Virus record (IMG/VR): IMGVR_UViG_3300014204_013734
Coordinates: 128,001 to 192,000 of that record
Strand: one strand, 5' to 3'
Length of the DNA: 64,000 nt
Source of the DNA: a virus
Lineage: Duplodnaviria; Caudoviricetes
Both the position numbers and the translations under genes were made by a program. Below, one piece after another: positions 38,711 to 48,553 of the stretch; position 1 is the first letter of the stretch; every line of letters begins with the position of its first letter. Under the pieces are notes generated by a model. It did not search any database. It was not told where the DNA came from and saw only the letters and a program-made list of their open reading frames with translations.

Positions 38711-39070
38711 ATGTCTAAGACTTACGAAATGTTTCTTCCGTACTTCAAAAAGGGTGACGATTTTGGGAGTTACCTGGATGACGCCAAAGGGGACATCCAA
38801 GTGGCGGCTGAAAATCACGCCTTGGCTATGGATGCGGCTGCCAAGCAGCTCCGGGATTTTGCTGCTGGCGTCAAGGGTGTTGAAGGCGTGACGGTTGAAG
38901 CCGATACCCACATGATCTTGGTCAATGGCCCTGAAGAGGTTCTGGACGGTTTGGTTGCAAAGGAGGTTCTGGCCGTTGTTGACTGGTTGGATGAGGAAGA
39001 AGAAGAGGAAGAAGGGGACGTGGAAGAGTTACTGGAAGAATTAGATGGGGAAGACGGTGAAGAAGTCTGA
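38711..39070 (+). CDS. Small acidic hypothetical protein
   Basis: AAGGAGG RBS; poly-Glu tail; followed by a terminator. Confidence 0.75.
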   Translation: MSKTYEMFLPYFKKGDDFGSYLDDAKGDIQVAAENHALAMDAAAKQLRDFAAGVKGVEGVTVEADTHMILVNGPEEVLDGLVAKEVLAVVDWLDEEEEEEEGDVEELLEELDGEDGEEV

Positions 39071-39090
39071 TCTTTCCTGTTTTTGAAATG

Positions 39091-39128
39091 GGAAAAGCCC
39101 GACCAGGAAAACCGGGTCGGGCTTTTCC
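39091..39128 (+). terminator. Rho-independent terminator
   Basis: ggaaaagcccgacc...ggtcgggcttttcc inverted repeat. Confidence 0.8.
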
Positions 39129-39143
39129 GTTTGTCCATTTATC
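39128..39143 (+). promoter_or_regulatory. Candidate phage late promoter motif
   Basis: CGTT-tgtccatt-TATC upstream of glnA. Confidence 0.5.
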
Positions 39144-39201
39144 AGAAAGATTGGTGTGGAAACGACAGGTGTTTCCATGCAATTAAAGGGAAGGAACCCC
39201 T

Positions 39202-40524
39202 ATGACCGCCAAGGACATTTTAGAAACTTTGAAAGAGAACAAGGTACGTTACCTTCGCCTGTGGTTCTCTGATATTTTGGGCCACAACAAGAACGTAGAA
39301 GTTCCAGAAAGCCAGTTTGAAAAGGCACTGGATGGCCAAATACTCTTTGACGGTTCCTCAATTGAGGGTTTCGCCCGCATTGAGGAGTCCGACATGCTGT
39401 TGCGCCCTGACTTTGCTACCTTCTGCATCTTTCCGTGGGAGGAACGTGGGGGCAAGGTAGCACGTCTTATTTGTGACGTGTTCCATCCAGACGGCACCCC
39501 TTTTGAAGGGTGTCCCCGGACCGTCCTGAAACGGGTTTGTGAGAAGGCATTGAAACTCGGCTATGTTATGATGGCCGGCCCCGAAGCCGAGTTCTTCCTC
39601 TTTGAACGCACTGTGGGTTCGTCTGTTCCTAAAACACATGACGTCGGCAGTTATTTTGACCTGACCCCAGTGGACCGGGCCGAAGATGCACGTCGGGACA
39701 TTGTGTCGGTCCTGGAGACCATCGGCTTTGAAGTCGAGGCGGCCCATCACGAAGTGGCCTTCGGCCAGCACGAGATTGATTTCCGTTACGCTGAGGCACT
39801 CAAAACTGCTGACAACGTGGCGACCTTCCGGTTTGTCGTGCGTAAAGTAGCTCTTGATCATCACTTGCTCGCCACCTTCATGCCCAAACCCATCTTTGGT
39901 ATCAACGGTTCCGGCATGCACGTCCATCAGAGCCTTTTCACACAGGAAGGCAAAAATGCCTTCTATGACGCCGATGCCAAGTACCAGATCTCTGAAACGG
40001 GGCTTTCATACATTGGCGGTCTGCTTGCCCATGCCCGTGGGTTCTGTGCTGTCACGAATCCGCTTGTGAACTCGTACAAACGCCTTGTGCCGGGCTACGA
40101 GGCGCCTACGCACATCGCATGGTCCGAACGCAACAGGTCCCCGCTTGTTCGTGTCCCGGCTCGCCGTGGTGTGGGCACGCGTGCTGAGCTGCGCATGCCC
40201 GACCCCTCCTGTAACCCCTATCTTGCCATGGCCGTGACGTTGGCGGCCGGGCTTGACGGCATTGAGAAACACCTTGACCCTGGCCCTCCGGTGAATCAGA
40301 ACATTTATACGATGAGCCCGCAGGAACGTGCAAGGCTCAAAATAAGTTCCTTGCCCGGGGATCTGGGAGAAGCCGTGGAAGCGATGCAGAAAGACGATTT
40401 GGTACGGGAAGCTTTAGGAGACCACGTTTTCCAGCATTTCATTGCCGCCAAGACGCAGGAATGGCAGGAATACATTGCACAGGTCCATCCCTGGGAGGTG
40501 GAACGGTATCTCTCGGCTTATTGA
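39202..40524 (+). CDS. glnA: Glutamine synthetase type I (GSI-alpha-like)
   Basis: FDGSSIEGF, HHEVAFGQHEIDF, ATFMPKPIFGINGSGMHVHQS, NSYKRLVPGYEAP, ELRMPDPSCNPYLA; 440 aa. Confidence 0.96.
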   Translation: MTAKDILETLKENKVRYLRLWFSDILGHNKNVEVPESQFEKALDGQILFDGSSIEGFARIEESDMLLRPDFATFCIFPWEERGGKVARLICDVFHPDGTPFEGCPRTVLKRVCEKALKLGYVMMAGPEAEFFLFERTVGSSVPKTHDVGSYFDLTPVDRAEDARRDIVSVLETIGFEVEAAHHEVAFGQHEIDFRYAEALKTADNVATFRFVVRKVALDHHLLATFMPKPIFGINGSGMHVHQSLFTQEGKNAFYDADAKYQISETGLSYIGGLLAHARGFCAVTNPLVNSYKRLVPGYEAPTHIAWSERNRSPLVRVPARRGVGTRAELRMPDPSCNPYLAMAVTLAAGLDGIEKHLDPGPPVNQNIYTMSPQERARLKISSLPGDLGEAVEAMQKDDLVREALGDHVFQHFIAAKTQEWQEYIAQVHPWEVERYLSAY

Positions 40525-40651
40525 CGCCAAGTTCCGTTTATTTCATCAGGGCATTTGGTTTTCTGGTTATGAAATTCCTTTATTGTGTTTTTTGAGTTTT
40601 GGGTGTGTAAAAGGTCCTTCCAGGACTCTGTAAGCGGGGATCGTATGGACG

Positions 40652-41053
40652 ATGACGACAACAGTTGGAACGAAAGGACGACACGTCCTTGCGGAATACT
40701 GGGGTTGCAATCCCTTGGTTCTCGCAAACAAGGACGTGATCAAGATACGCATGGAAGAGGCTGCTTTGGCGGCGAGGGCTACCATTGTCGCGTCGGTCTT
40801 CCATCAGTTCACCCCTTCCGGGGTGTCCGGCGTAGTAGTCGTGGCTGAATCCCACCTTTCTATCCACACATGGCCTGAAGAGGGATATGCTTCAGCGGAT
40901 TTTTACACCTGTGGGGATTGCGAACCTGAACGTGCTTTGGAATTTCTTCAGAATGCCTTTGGGGCTTCACGCATCCATTTCTTGGTTGTTGATCGGGGTC
41001 TTAAAGACCAGACCCCTAGTTTCAGAGTAATTGGAAATAAGTTGAATGGTTGA
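40652..41053 (+). CDS. speH: S-adenosylmethionine decarboxylase proenzyme (short class 1B)
   Basis: GVSGVVVVAE|SHLSIHTWPEEGYASADFYTCG with the pyruvoyl-forming ESH site. Confidence 0.92.
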   Translation: MTTTVGTKGRHVLAEYWGCNPLVLANKDVIKIRMEEAALAARATIVASVFHQFTPSGVSGVVVVAESHLSIHTWPEEGYASADFYTCGDCEPERALEFLQNAFGASRIHFLVVDRGLKDQTPSFRVIGNKLNG

Positions 41054-41270
41054 ACTTGACGAAACAGCCGTTGATATACACCCTTACGCAAACGCGTTTC
41101 GTGTTGTTGAAGCGGAACCCGGTTCTTCCGAATGTTTCTTAGATTTCCTTTTTTTGTCCCCGGAAGAAGACCGAGCTTCTGTGGTGTCTAGAATCAGGGT
41201 CCGTAATGGATTCCTTCCAACCATTAAAACACGTCTCACATTTGCCTTGGATGGTTTTCTTTTTCCGTAA
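41046..41270 (+). CDS. Small hypothetical protein, paralog of 49085..49366
   Basis: Both share NAFR.V.....LDFL.LS....ASV..R.RV. Confidence 0.7.
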   Translation: MVELDETAVDIHPYANAFRVVEAEPGSSECFLDFLFLSPEEDRASVVSRIRVRNGFLPTIKTRLTFALDGFLFP

Positions 41271-41357
41271 CAAATAAAAATTCTGCGGTATGGTGAAACT
41301 TGTAATTGTATCCGGCATTCCTGCCGGGTCCTGAAAACTTTTTTGGAGGATGACCAC

Positions 41358-42116
41358 ATGCCGGAATTCGCTTTTGTGCCAGGAACCTTCAGACAATTCA
41401 AGACCTTGAATCGTATCCATCTGGGTGCTATTTCCAAGGATCTTCCTGAAAACACCTTGGTGGAGTTTGACGGGACGACTCTGAAGATCGGGACGGAAAG
41501 TTATTCGTTGCCGACCTTTATTGGGGCACTTCGTAACAAGTGGGCGGTGCCGGTTAACGACAACGTGAGCCACTATGTTCCGCTTTCCTCTGGTGTTACA
41601 ATGCACAGTGCTACCAACCAGGAGAGGACCGTGGAAAGCGTGACAACTACCGTCACGGAAGATGAACTCCAGGTTGGGAGCGTGGCAGCTACGAACGCAA
41701 AGCGGACGGCTCCTGCCAACAAGTTGGTAGTGGGGAAAATCGTTGGGGAAGACGATTTGCCGGAAGTGGATTACAAGTTGCCGCCCGCCAAACCGCAATC
41801 CAGCAATTCGGATGAAATTGCTGTGGTTGAAAACGCATTGAATAACGGCAAAAAGGTCAGCGGACTCAAGGCGGTCTACCAAACGGTTGTTGAAGATCAG
41901 GATGCACAACCGGTTGCTCGGGTGATGTCTCCTGCCGTGCAAGGCATGGTTGATGCCCGCAGTGAGAGTGCCGTGGTCAAAGACCTGGATCCGATTTACG
42001 GCAAGGTATCCAAAGTACAGCATTTGGTCGATCCGCCTGTGAAAGCTGTGGCGGATCCTGACACTGCTTCCAAGAAGGGACCATCCAAGACAAAGGGTCC
42101 CCGCAAGTCCAAGTAA
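41358..42116 (+). CDS. Hypothetical protein
   Basis: GGAGGA RBS before ATG 41358. Confidence 0.7.
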   Translation: MPEFAFVPGTFRQFKTLNRIHLGAISKDLPENTLVEFDGTTLKIGTESYSLPTFIGALRNKWAVPVNDNVSHYVPLSSGVTMHSATNQERTVESVTTTVTEDELQVGSVAATNAKRTAPANKLVVGKIVGEDDLPEVDYKLPPAKPQSSNSDEIAVVENALNNGKKVSGLKAVYQTVVEDQDAQPVARVMSPAVQGMVDARSESAVVKDLDPIYGKVSKVQHLVDPPVKAVADPDTASKKGPSKTKGPRKSK

Positions 42117-42117
42117 G

Positions 42118-42133
42118 CGTTGGTTTTCCTATT
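42118..42133 (+). promoter_or_regulatory. Candidate phage late promoter motif
   Basis: CGTT-ggttttcc-TATT. Confidence 0.45.
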
Positions 42134-42173
42134 GGAACCCTCCTGTGGGCACAAAATGCTCACAGGAGGTTCC
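42134..42173 (+). promoter_or_regulatory. RBS-sequestering hairpin
   Basis: ggaaccctcctgtgggca pairs with tgctcacaggaggttcc, burying the AGGAGG of the TTG start at 42178. Confidence 0.65.
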
Positions 42174-42177
42174 CCCA

Positions 42178-42567
42178 TTGAAACATAACGCCAGCAGTCA
42201 AGCCGCTTGGGCACTCCTTATGGAAGGGGTTACCAAAGCGAGGATTGAAGCTCACCGGATCAGGCACTTGGTTAACCGTGCTACCAGCCTTGTGGGATCC
42301 TCTTCCGAAAAAGAACACCTATACCAAGTAGCAGGCGACATTATCGTCGGGTTGCCTGATCGGTTGGAAAAGTTGGAAGTCACTCTTGACCGAACAGGGT
42401 TGGCCTTGTCGGAAATGGGTCAGGATTTCCTGAAATCGCGTCTCCCCTTTTCGGAAAAGACTTTGGTAGAAGAAGCCGTTGAACCGGCTTTTGGGAAGGG
42501 GCGTCCGATGGAATCCATGTCCGAACGCATAGCGTCGCGGTGGTTGGAGGGGGTTGATGTCGATTAA
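42178..42567 (+). CDS. Hypothetical protein with C-terminal RIASRW tag
   Basis: AGGAGG RBS before TTG; ends SMSERIASRWLEGVDVD. Confidence 0.7.
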   Translation: MKHNASSQAAWALLMEGVTKARIEAHRIRHLVNRATSLVGSSSEKEHLYQVAGDIIVGLPDRLEKLEVTLDRTGLALSEMGQDFLKSRLPFSEKTLVEEAVEPAFGKGRPMESMSERIASRWLEGVDVD

Positions 42568-44071
42568 GTTGACATACAGCCAGCCGGCCAGCGAACTTCC
42601 AGGTTACAAGACGCTGGTTACGCCTGACCCTGTCCCCGGACAGGGGGAACCTGATTCTGCGCTTCCAACCCCTCCGTGGACCCGGTCAAAGCCGACCGGA
42701 CCGACCTATTACAACAAGCATGATGTGACTCCCCACAGGACTTTGAACGAACCTGGGGAAGATAGACCCGTGCCTAACCCGGAACCTAGCACCTTGGTAG
42801 TGCGCCGCCCCGAAATGCGGGCGGCGGGTGATCGGGAAGGGGCTATGAATGGTCCTGCTTATCCTCCTAGCCAACTGCGGCAGAAGGACCAAAGGGGCCA
42901 GGCCCGGATGTACCACAAAAAGTGGTACCGGTCCCATCGGGGCAAGATCAAGAACCGTGCGCTGCGGTGGTGGAAGAAGAACCACAACAAGTTCAACTAC
43001 AAGAAAGACCAACAGCGGCGCCGGAAGTGGCCCGCCAAGTTTGAACGGAAACCGGGTGGCGGCGTTAAGGAAAACAAAAACCGCACTCAAGAATGGCGGG
43101 ACAAGAATTCTGCTTTGGAAGAATGGATTGGTGATCCTGAAATCCAGTTGGTTGGAAATGGGAATCCCGTTTTTTTCGTTCAGTCTTCTACGGACCGTGA
43201 CGGTTGGGTTGTTGGGGTCAATCCCGACACAGGTGAAGTTGTAGTCTTGTTTGACCAAACGGACACTTTGGAAAACATTCCCATTGAAACCTTCTTTGAA
43301 GATGCAGATTTCCTGTCCGAAGAAGACGCCAACGTTGTGATGGCTGATCTTGATGCCGTATTCGGGTGGTCAGAAGACATGACGGAACGGGTCGCCTGCC
43401 GTTGGGCTGAAATGCTGTATGAAAAACGGCCCCCGGAGATGGACCCGGAAACCGTGTGGAATCGGGGTAGTGACAGGTCCAAATGGTGGACGCAAGGTCC
43501 GCCCGCCGAGGATATGGATGGCGGATGGGTCCCGGACAATCCAGGATCAGCTAAGGTCATCCCGGACAATCGGGATTTTGTCAACAACAAAGCGGCCGCC
43601 TTGATTGCCGACATACGGAAGGGATGTGATCCCAGCATCCTGGAAAAGGCTAAGGGTGTCCAGTTCCGTAAGATTCGGTCGGACAAACAGAATCTTGTCT
43701 GGTTGTTTAATGTAGAGGGTTCCGAAGGGAAGAGTTATCGGGTCAGGGCCAAGGTCATTCCCAAAGGGAACGTTAGGGATGTGGCGAAAGCCGACATCAT
43801 GGTGTCTTGTTCTTGTCCGTTCTGGCGTTGGCAGGGTCCGGAACACTGGGCATTGGAAAAGGGATACCTCTACGGTAAACCAAAAGGTTCAGCCGAAAAT
43901 CCTGATGTCAGGGACCCTGATGGGAAGCATTTGATGTGCAAACACGTGGCCGCCATTTTGGATCGTATTTCCGGGTGGTCGGTCCGCAATAAAGTAGCGG
44001 TTGTGTCAGTTTCCTGGCAGGATTTTATGACGGATGAAGTCGTCCGTCGGTACTGTGAAGCCTGGAGGTGA
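42557..44071 (+). CDS. Multidomain protein with C-terminal SWIM-type zinc finger
   Basis: VSCSCPFW...MCKHVAAIL; basic central domain; internal RVACRW tag. Confidence 0.72.
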   Translation: MSIKLTYSQPASELPGYKTLVTPDPVPGQGEPDSALPTPPWTRSKPTGPTYYNKHDVTPHRTLNEPGEDRPVPNPEPSTLVVRRPEMRAAGDREGAMNGPAYPPSQLRQKDQRGQARMYHKKWYRSHRGKIKNRALRWWKKNHNKFNYKKDQQRRRKWPAKFERKPGGGVKENKNRTQEWRDKNSALEEWIGDPEIQLVGNGNPVFFVQSSTDRDGWVVGVNPDTGEVVVLFDQTDTLENIPIETFFEDADFLSEEDANVVMADLDAVFGWSEDMTERVACRWAEMLYEKRPPEMDPETVWNRGSDRSKWWTQGPPAEDMDGGWVPDNPGSAKVIPDNRDFVNNKAAALIADIRKGCDPSILEKAKGVQFRKIRSDKQNLVWLFNVEGSEGKSYRVRAKVIPKGNVRDVAKADIMVSCSCPFWRWQGPEHWALEKGYLYGKPKGSAENPDVRDPDGKHLMCKHVAAILDRISGWSVRNKVAVVSVSWQDFMTDEVVRRYCEAWR

Positions 44072-44074
44072 CTC

Positions 44075-44452
44075 ATGCCCGTTTACGAATACACCTGTTC
44101 AAATTGTGGTCAGAAGTTTGAAATGCAACGTCCGATTTCAGAATGGGCTGATTCCGGTGTTTGCCCGGAATGCGGGGGTGAAGGCACCAAATTGGTGTCC
44201 TCCTGCAATTTCAACCTTCCCGGAGACGGTTGGCCAAGCAAGAACAATAGGGTCAAGGGACAGATGGCAGCGAAGAATCGGCGTTTAGACAGGAAATCCA
44301 AGGATCTTCCAAAGGTGTCTTTAACTCCGAATGTGGACGGAGAAAGTACGGATTCGTGGTCGGACGCAAGGAAGCTTGCCAAAAGCAAGGGGAAGGTTGC
44401 TGAAACCTATACCCCCTATGTAGACAAAGAAGCACATTCAAAAAAGCGGTGA
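44075..44452 (+). CDS. FmdB-family zinc-ribbon protein
   Basis: MPVYEYTCSNCGQKFE...CPECGG...KLVS. Confidence 0.8.
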   Translation: MPVYEYTCSNCGQKFEMQRPISEWADSGVCPECGGEGTKLVSSCNFNLPGDGWPSKNNRVKGQMAAKNRRLDRKSKDLPKVSLTPNVDGESTDSWSDARKLAKSKGKVAETYTPYVDKEAHSKKR

Positions 44453-44476
44453 TTTGAAGGGACTCGGGGTCCCAGA

Positions 44477-45325
44477 TTGGCAGGTTGGGATATGGGCAAC
44501 TACGGACCATTTGAAGCAAGGGTTGGTATTTGGTTGCGGGCCACGAATTTTGTGGATTTGATCGTCAGGGATCAGGATGACGTGACGGAATGGCGTTTGT
44601 GGGGCGCTTCCACGTTGAATGACGCTTACGGTGATCCGACCGGAAGCGGTGTGGGTGGGGTATGGCCAACGACAATGCTCACGGCCGCTAAGGGCCGTAT
44701 GGCTACATCACCTTCTATCGTCAAGCGTGGGTACGCCGGGTTAGCTCCAGATAACCGTCAGAACTTTGCCAGTTTCGTGTATGATCCTGATGATTTCCTT
44801 GCTCCGGCAACCCCGCCTCCGTTCTTGTCGGATTCCGAGACCTTTTACGTCAGGGCGCAGATGAAACGTTTAGCTGGGGGTTGGGCGGCGGTTCCTGCCG
44901 GAGCCCCCCTGAACGCCAACAGGCCCATCATGGGACCTATTCTGGTAATCCCCACGGTTCAGGCTATGGGAATGGCCAGCCTGTCTATCAATCTGACCGG
45001 CATCGCTCCGTCAGGTACGGGCGCCGTGATCGGCAGTGCCCCGATTTTTGATGAAACATTCCAAGCCCCGATTCCTATGCACATCATCCTTCCTCGTCCT
45101 ATTTCCAATTTCGTCATCACCAATCTGTCTGATGATGCTGACACCGCCCTTCTGGTGTCGTTCGGAATTGGTCAGCCTTGGCATCCGATTTACGGAGGCA
45201 TGGGCAATCTGTCGCAACTGTCTTCCGATTCCCTTGGTGGTGGAACCAGGGACCTTATCCTGGCGACAACGGCCGCTGCCGGAGGAAGTCCCTTTGCCAT
45301 CCTGGCGGTTTGTCCCGGAGCATGA
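44477..45325 (+). CDS. Putative virion structural protein (start at 44477 or 44492)
   Basis: Long Pro/Gly/Ala-rich ORF in the late region. Confidence 0.6.
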   Translation: MAGWDMGNYGPFEARVGIWLRATNFVDLIVRDQDDVTEWRLWGASTLNDAYGDPTGSGVGGVWPTTMLTAAKGRMATSPSIVKRGYAGLAPDNRQNFASFVYDPDDFLAPATPPPFLSDSETFYVRAQMKRLAGGWAAVPAGAPLNANRPIMGPILVIPTVQAMGMASLSINLTGIAPSGTGAVIGSAPIFDETFQAPIPMHIILPRPISNFVITNLSDDADTALLVSFGIGQPWHPIYGGMGNLSQLSSDSLGGGTRDLILATTAAAGGSPFAILAVCPGA

Positions 45326-45473
45326 TCCTATAACGTAAATAGCGAAGGTTGTCTGGGGGTTATTGTATTCCCTTTGTAGATGGGCGGTAGTACGTGTCGC
45401 CTGTTGAAAAGAAGAGGGTAATCCCCTAGCCCTGGGGATGCTTGAATCGGACATCTGATTGAAAGGGAACACA

Positions 45474-46634
45474 ATGCCTTACATTTGCTTGGTCAGAGCT
45501 GATTTGCCGGATGGGGTTCTTCAGATACTGGACCTCCAACCCAGCGCATCCTTGCGTGTGCCTGCCTATGATCCACCGGCACAGACCCGTTACGTGAACC
45601 GTGTTCTGAACGACACGGTCCAGATCGTCGGGGGCAAGACCCCGAAGGTGTTCAATGGCCTTGGGGCGTACCTCATGGATTGCCTGGAACCGGGCGGATT
45701 GGGTTTCGGAACGGCTGACATCGACCTGTCAACCGTTGTGGCCGGGGACAAGGTGTTTATTGGGGGGGTTGCTTTCACGGCGACACTGGCCGCCCCGAAT
45801 CCGGCCCTCCAGCAGTTCTGGTCCTTTGCGGGCGGCGGGTCGGACTTGGTTTCGGCTACTTCGCTGATTGCTACTATCAACAATGCAGCATCACAAGCGC
45901 TTTTGTTGGCGGCGGGTTCTACCGTCACGGCATCGGCTGGCGGGTCGGTCGGATCAGGTGACGTTACGGTCGATGCCGATACGGCAGGGCAGACGGGTGC
46001 TTTGACTTTGACGGAAAACACCGGCGGCACGACCATCGTGGTTTCTGCCGACCATCTGACCCGTCCCTTTGAGGTGTTCACCTTCGCACAACTGAATCTG
46101 ATTTCTGCTGCCCTGATTGCCAGGATGGATGCCAGTGCAGTGTTGACGTCTACGGCGGTCAATGCCGCCATCAATGCTATCCCTGGCGTCTCTGATACGT
46201 CGATTTCCAGTCCGGCTTCCGGGGTTACCCTGACTGATTTCCTGTCCATCCTGTCGGGTCGTGGTTATCGGGTCCCGGTCAATTCAACCATCTACACGGG
46301 GACGGCATGGCATATGACTCCGGTAGGTGGCTTCACGATCATCGGCCTCAAGAATGACACCGTGATGACTCAAGGCGAGTTGCATCCCGTGCTTATCGGT
46401 GGCGACCCTCATCCGATGGAAGTCAAAGGAATCACACAGACGTATCACACGTCTTCCTTGGATATTTCCATGCTTGAAGGAACCCTTTACCGGTTGAATG
46501 CCGGCGTGACTCTCTGGCCAAGCAGCGGGGGTATTCCGCACCTTCCCTGGACTTACCAACATGGTTTGCAGTTCAACCCGACTACGGCCCGTGTCGTCAC
46601 GGTTTACGACGACAACGGCACGTTGCTTCTGTAA
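45474..46634 (+). CDS. Structural protein, paralog 1 of 3
   Basis: N-terminal YICLVRADL...LQILDLQP and C-terminal VVTVYDDNGTLLL shared with the next two genes. Confidence 0.7.
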   Translation: MPYICLVRADLPDGVLQILDLQPSASLRVPAYDPPAQTRYVNRVLNDTVQIVGGKTPKVFNGLGAYLMDCLEPGGLGFGTADIDLSTVVAGDKVFIGGVAFTATLAAPNPALQQFWSFAGGGSDLVSATSLIATINNAASQALLLAAGSTVTASAGGSVGSGDVTVDADTAGQTGALTLTENTGGTTIVVSADHLTRPFEVFTFAQLNLISAALIARMDASAVLTSTAVNAAINAIPGVSDTSISSPASGVTLTDFLSILSGRGYRVPVNSTIYTGTAWHMTPVGGFTIIGLKNDTVMTQGELHPVLIGGDPHPMEVKGITQTYHTSSLDISMLEGTLYRLNAGVTLWPSSGGIPHLPWTYQHGLQFNPTTARVVTVYDDNGTLLL

Positions 46635-46652
46635 CAAGAAAGGAACCCGAAC

Positions 46653-47450
46653 ATGGCAGCTCGCGTTTACATCGTCCTGGCCCGGAATGATGTTTCTGAC
46701 AATCTCCTTCAGGTCCTGGACCTGAAACCCAATTCCTCGCAGCGGGTTCCGGCGCTGGAAGGGGAAGGGCAAACGGGATATCTCACTTGGGATCCTCAGA
46801 ATGATACCGTGGCAACAACCGGTGGGGCTGGGGGCATCCGTACGACCAACGCCATCTACAAGGGTCTTGCCGCTTACGTCATCGACAACGTGGAAAACGT
46901 TCAGGGGGGCAACTTGGCGTCCACGGCCGCACAGGCAAACACCATTGCCGCAGCGATTCTGACCAGGATCACGAACGGTACGTCCCTTACCTTGGCGGCT
47001 ATCAACACCATCATCAACGCGGCGTTCGGCGGGGCTGCCAATTCCGACTTGAACGGTGCCGTTGCAGGGTCTTTCTCGACCGGGACTGTTGAAGAAGTTC
47101 TCCGCATTGCCGGTGGTGAAGTCTACAGTTTGCCGGCTGCGTCCCAGGTCGGTAACGCCGGCAACGCATTCCCTGGCCATGGTGTAGCACACGTTCGTAA
47201 GGGTGCATACCTTGCGTCTACTGCTACCGGGTATCGCAACGTCCGTCAGTTCGTTTGGACTGGGGAACTGAACCTGTCCTGCTTGTCCGGCACTTTGAGC
47301 AAGCTCAAGGCGGCTACGTGGCAGTGGATCAACCCCCTCTTCACTTATGGCGCAGCCGGGACGGCCTTGACCGCATCCGGGACGCACATTCTCGCCACAG
47401 GCCTCGCAGCGGCAGTTGTCGTCTACGAAGCCGACGGCGACGTCCTGTAA
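46653..47450 (+). CDS. Structural protein, paralog 2 of 3
   Basis: YIVLARNDV...LQVLDLKPN and VVVYEADGDVL; strong codon bias. Confidence 0.72.
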   Translation: MAARVYIVLARNDVSDNLLQVLDLKPNSSQRVPALEGEGQTGYLTWDPQNDTVATTGGAGGIRTTNAIYKGLAAYVIDNVENVQGGNLASTAAQANTIAAAILTRITNGTSLTLAAINTIINAAFGGAANSDLNGAVAGSFSTGTVEEVLRIAGGEVYSLPAASQVGNAGNAFPGHGVAHVRKGAYLASTATGYRNVRQFVWTGELNLSCLSGTLSKLKAATWQWINPLFTYGAAGTALTASGTHILATGLAAAVVVYEADGDVL

Positions 47451-47462
47451 GGAGGAACACAC

Positions 47463-48416
47463 ATGGCGCAAAGAACTTACATCATCCCCCGGAGGTTGGA
47501 TGTCCGTGACATGAATCTCCAAGTGCTGGACCTCAAACCCAATACGTCTCTGAAGAACAGTGTCCTTGACGGTAATGGACAGACGTTCTACATCGACAGC
47601 ATGGATTGGTTCGGGGCGACGACTGACCAGAACGATTCCTTCAAAAGCGGGAGCCGGAACACTGACTTCGCTACGGCGTCCAACTATGACTGCACGGCAC
47701 AGGACACTACCGGTGGCGGAAACGACTGTTTCGCTACGGCTCGGGCGTCCTTTGGTCTTGCCGCATACCTGCGGGAAATGGTGCAGCCGGGAGGCATCAT
47801 TCTGGCAACGGCAGGACGTATGACTCCGGCTAATGCTATCCTTCAGGCTCGGGCACTTGCCGCCTTGGTAGAATCAGGCGGAAACCTTACGGCAGCAGGT
47901 ATCAATACGGTCCTGTGCAATGTCGGCGTCGGAGGTACGGCAAATACGGACCTTACCGGGGCGGCCGGTTTCTCCAGGTCCCACGGTACCGTGGATGACA
48001 TTCTCCGCATCATGTCAGGAGAAACCTGGGTGTGCCCGAGGTATGTGATCGTCGCCAATGCGGCTAACCAGTTCCTTACGGCGGCTTCCAGAGCTACCCT
48101 CGTGACAGCGCAGAAGCCCTGGGTTACCGGCAAGACCTTCGTGGCTTCCGGTCACTGGGCAACGACTACGGAACCCGGTCACAAGGAAATTCCGATGTTG
48201 GCGTACGGCGGGGCGGTAAACGCTTCCTATCACGCCGGCTACCTGTTCAAACTTGCGGCCAACGTCACCTTCCTCAACCCGAATAAGGCGTACACTGCCG
48301 GTGATGTCAGCCAAGAACGCCCCAGGGCCGTGAGAATGAGCGGCGCTGCCATTGCAGCTACCGGAACGGCTCCTGTCGTTCGTGTCTACGACTACGACGG
48401 CACTTGCCTGCTGTAA
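47463..48416 (+). CDS. Structural protein, paralog 3 of 3
   Basis: YIIPRRLDV...LQVLDLKPN and VVRVYDYDGTCLL; AAGGAGG RBS. Confidence 0.72.
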   Translation: MAQRTYIIPRRLDVRDMNLQVLDLKPNTSLKNSVLDGNGQTFYIDSMDWFGATTDQNDSFKSGSRNTDFATASNYDCTAQDTTGGGNDCFATARASFGLAAYLREMVQPGGIILATAGRMTPANAILQARALAALVESGGNLTAAGINTVLCNVGVGGTANTDLTGAAGFSRSHGTVDDILRIMSGETWVCPRYVIVANAANQFLTAASRATLVTAQKPWVTGKTFVASGHWATTTEPGHKEIPMLAYGGAVNASYHAGYLFKLAANVTFLNPNKAYTAGDVSQERPRAVRMSGAAIAATGTAPVVRVYDYDGTCLL

Positions 48417-48437
48417 GACATCAGTTTGTTCGCTGAG

Positions 48438-48472
48438 AAACGGGGTTCCTTACGAGGAGCCCCGTTTTTTTT
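48438..48472 (+). terminator. Rho-independent terminator
   Basis: aaacggggttcct-tacg-aggagccccgtttttttt. Confidence 0.9.
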
Positions 48473-48553
48473 CCTTTGGTTAGTATCTTAATGGGGGTTA
48501 CCTCCCACCGCCAAACGGCGGAACGACATATTTATGGATCAAGGAGCCAAATC

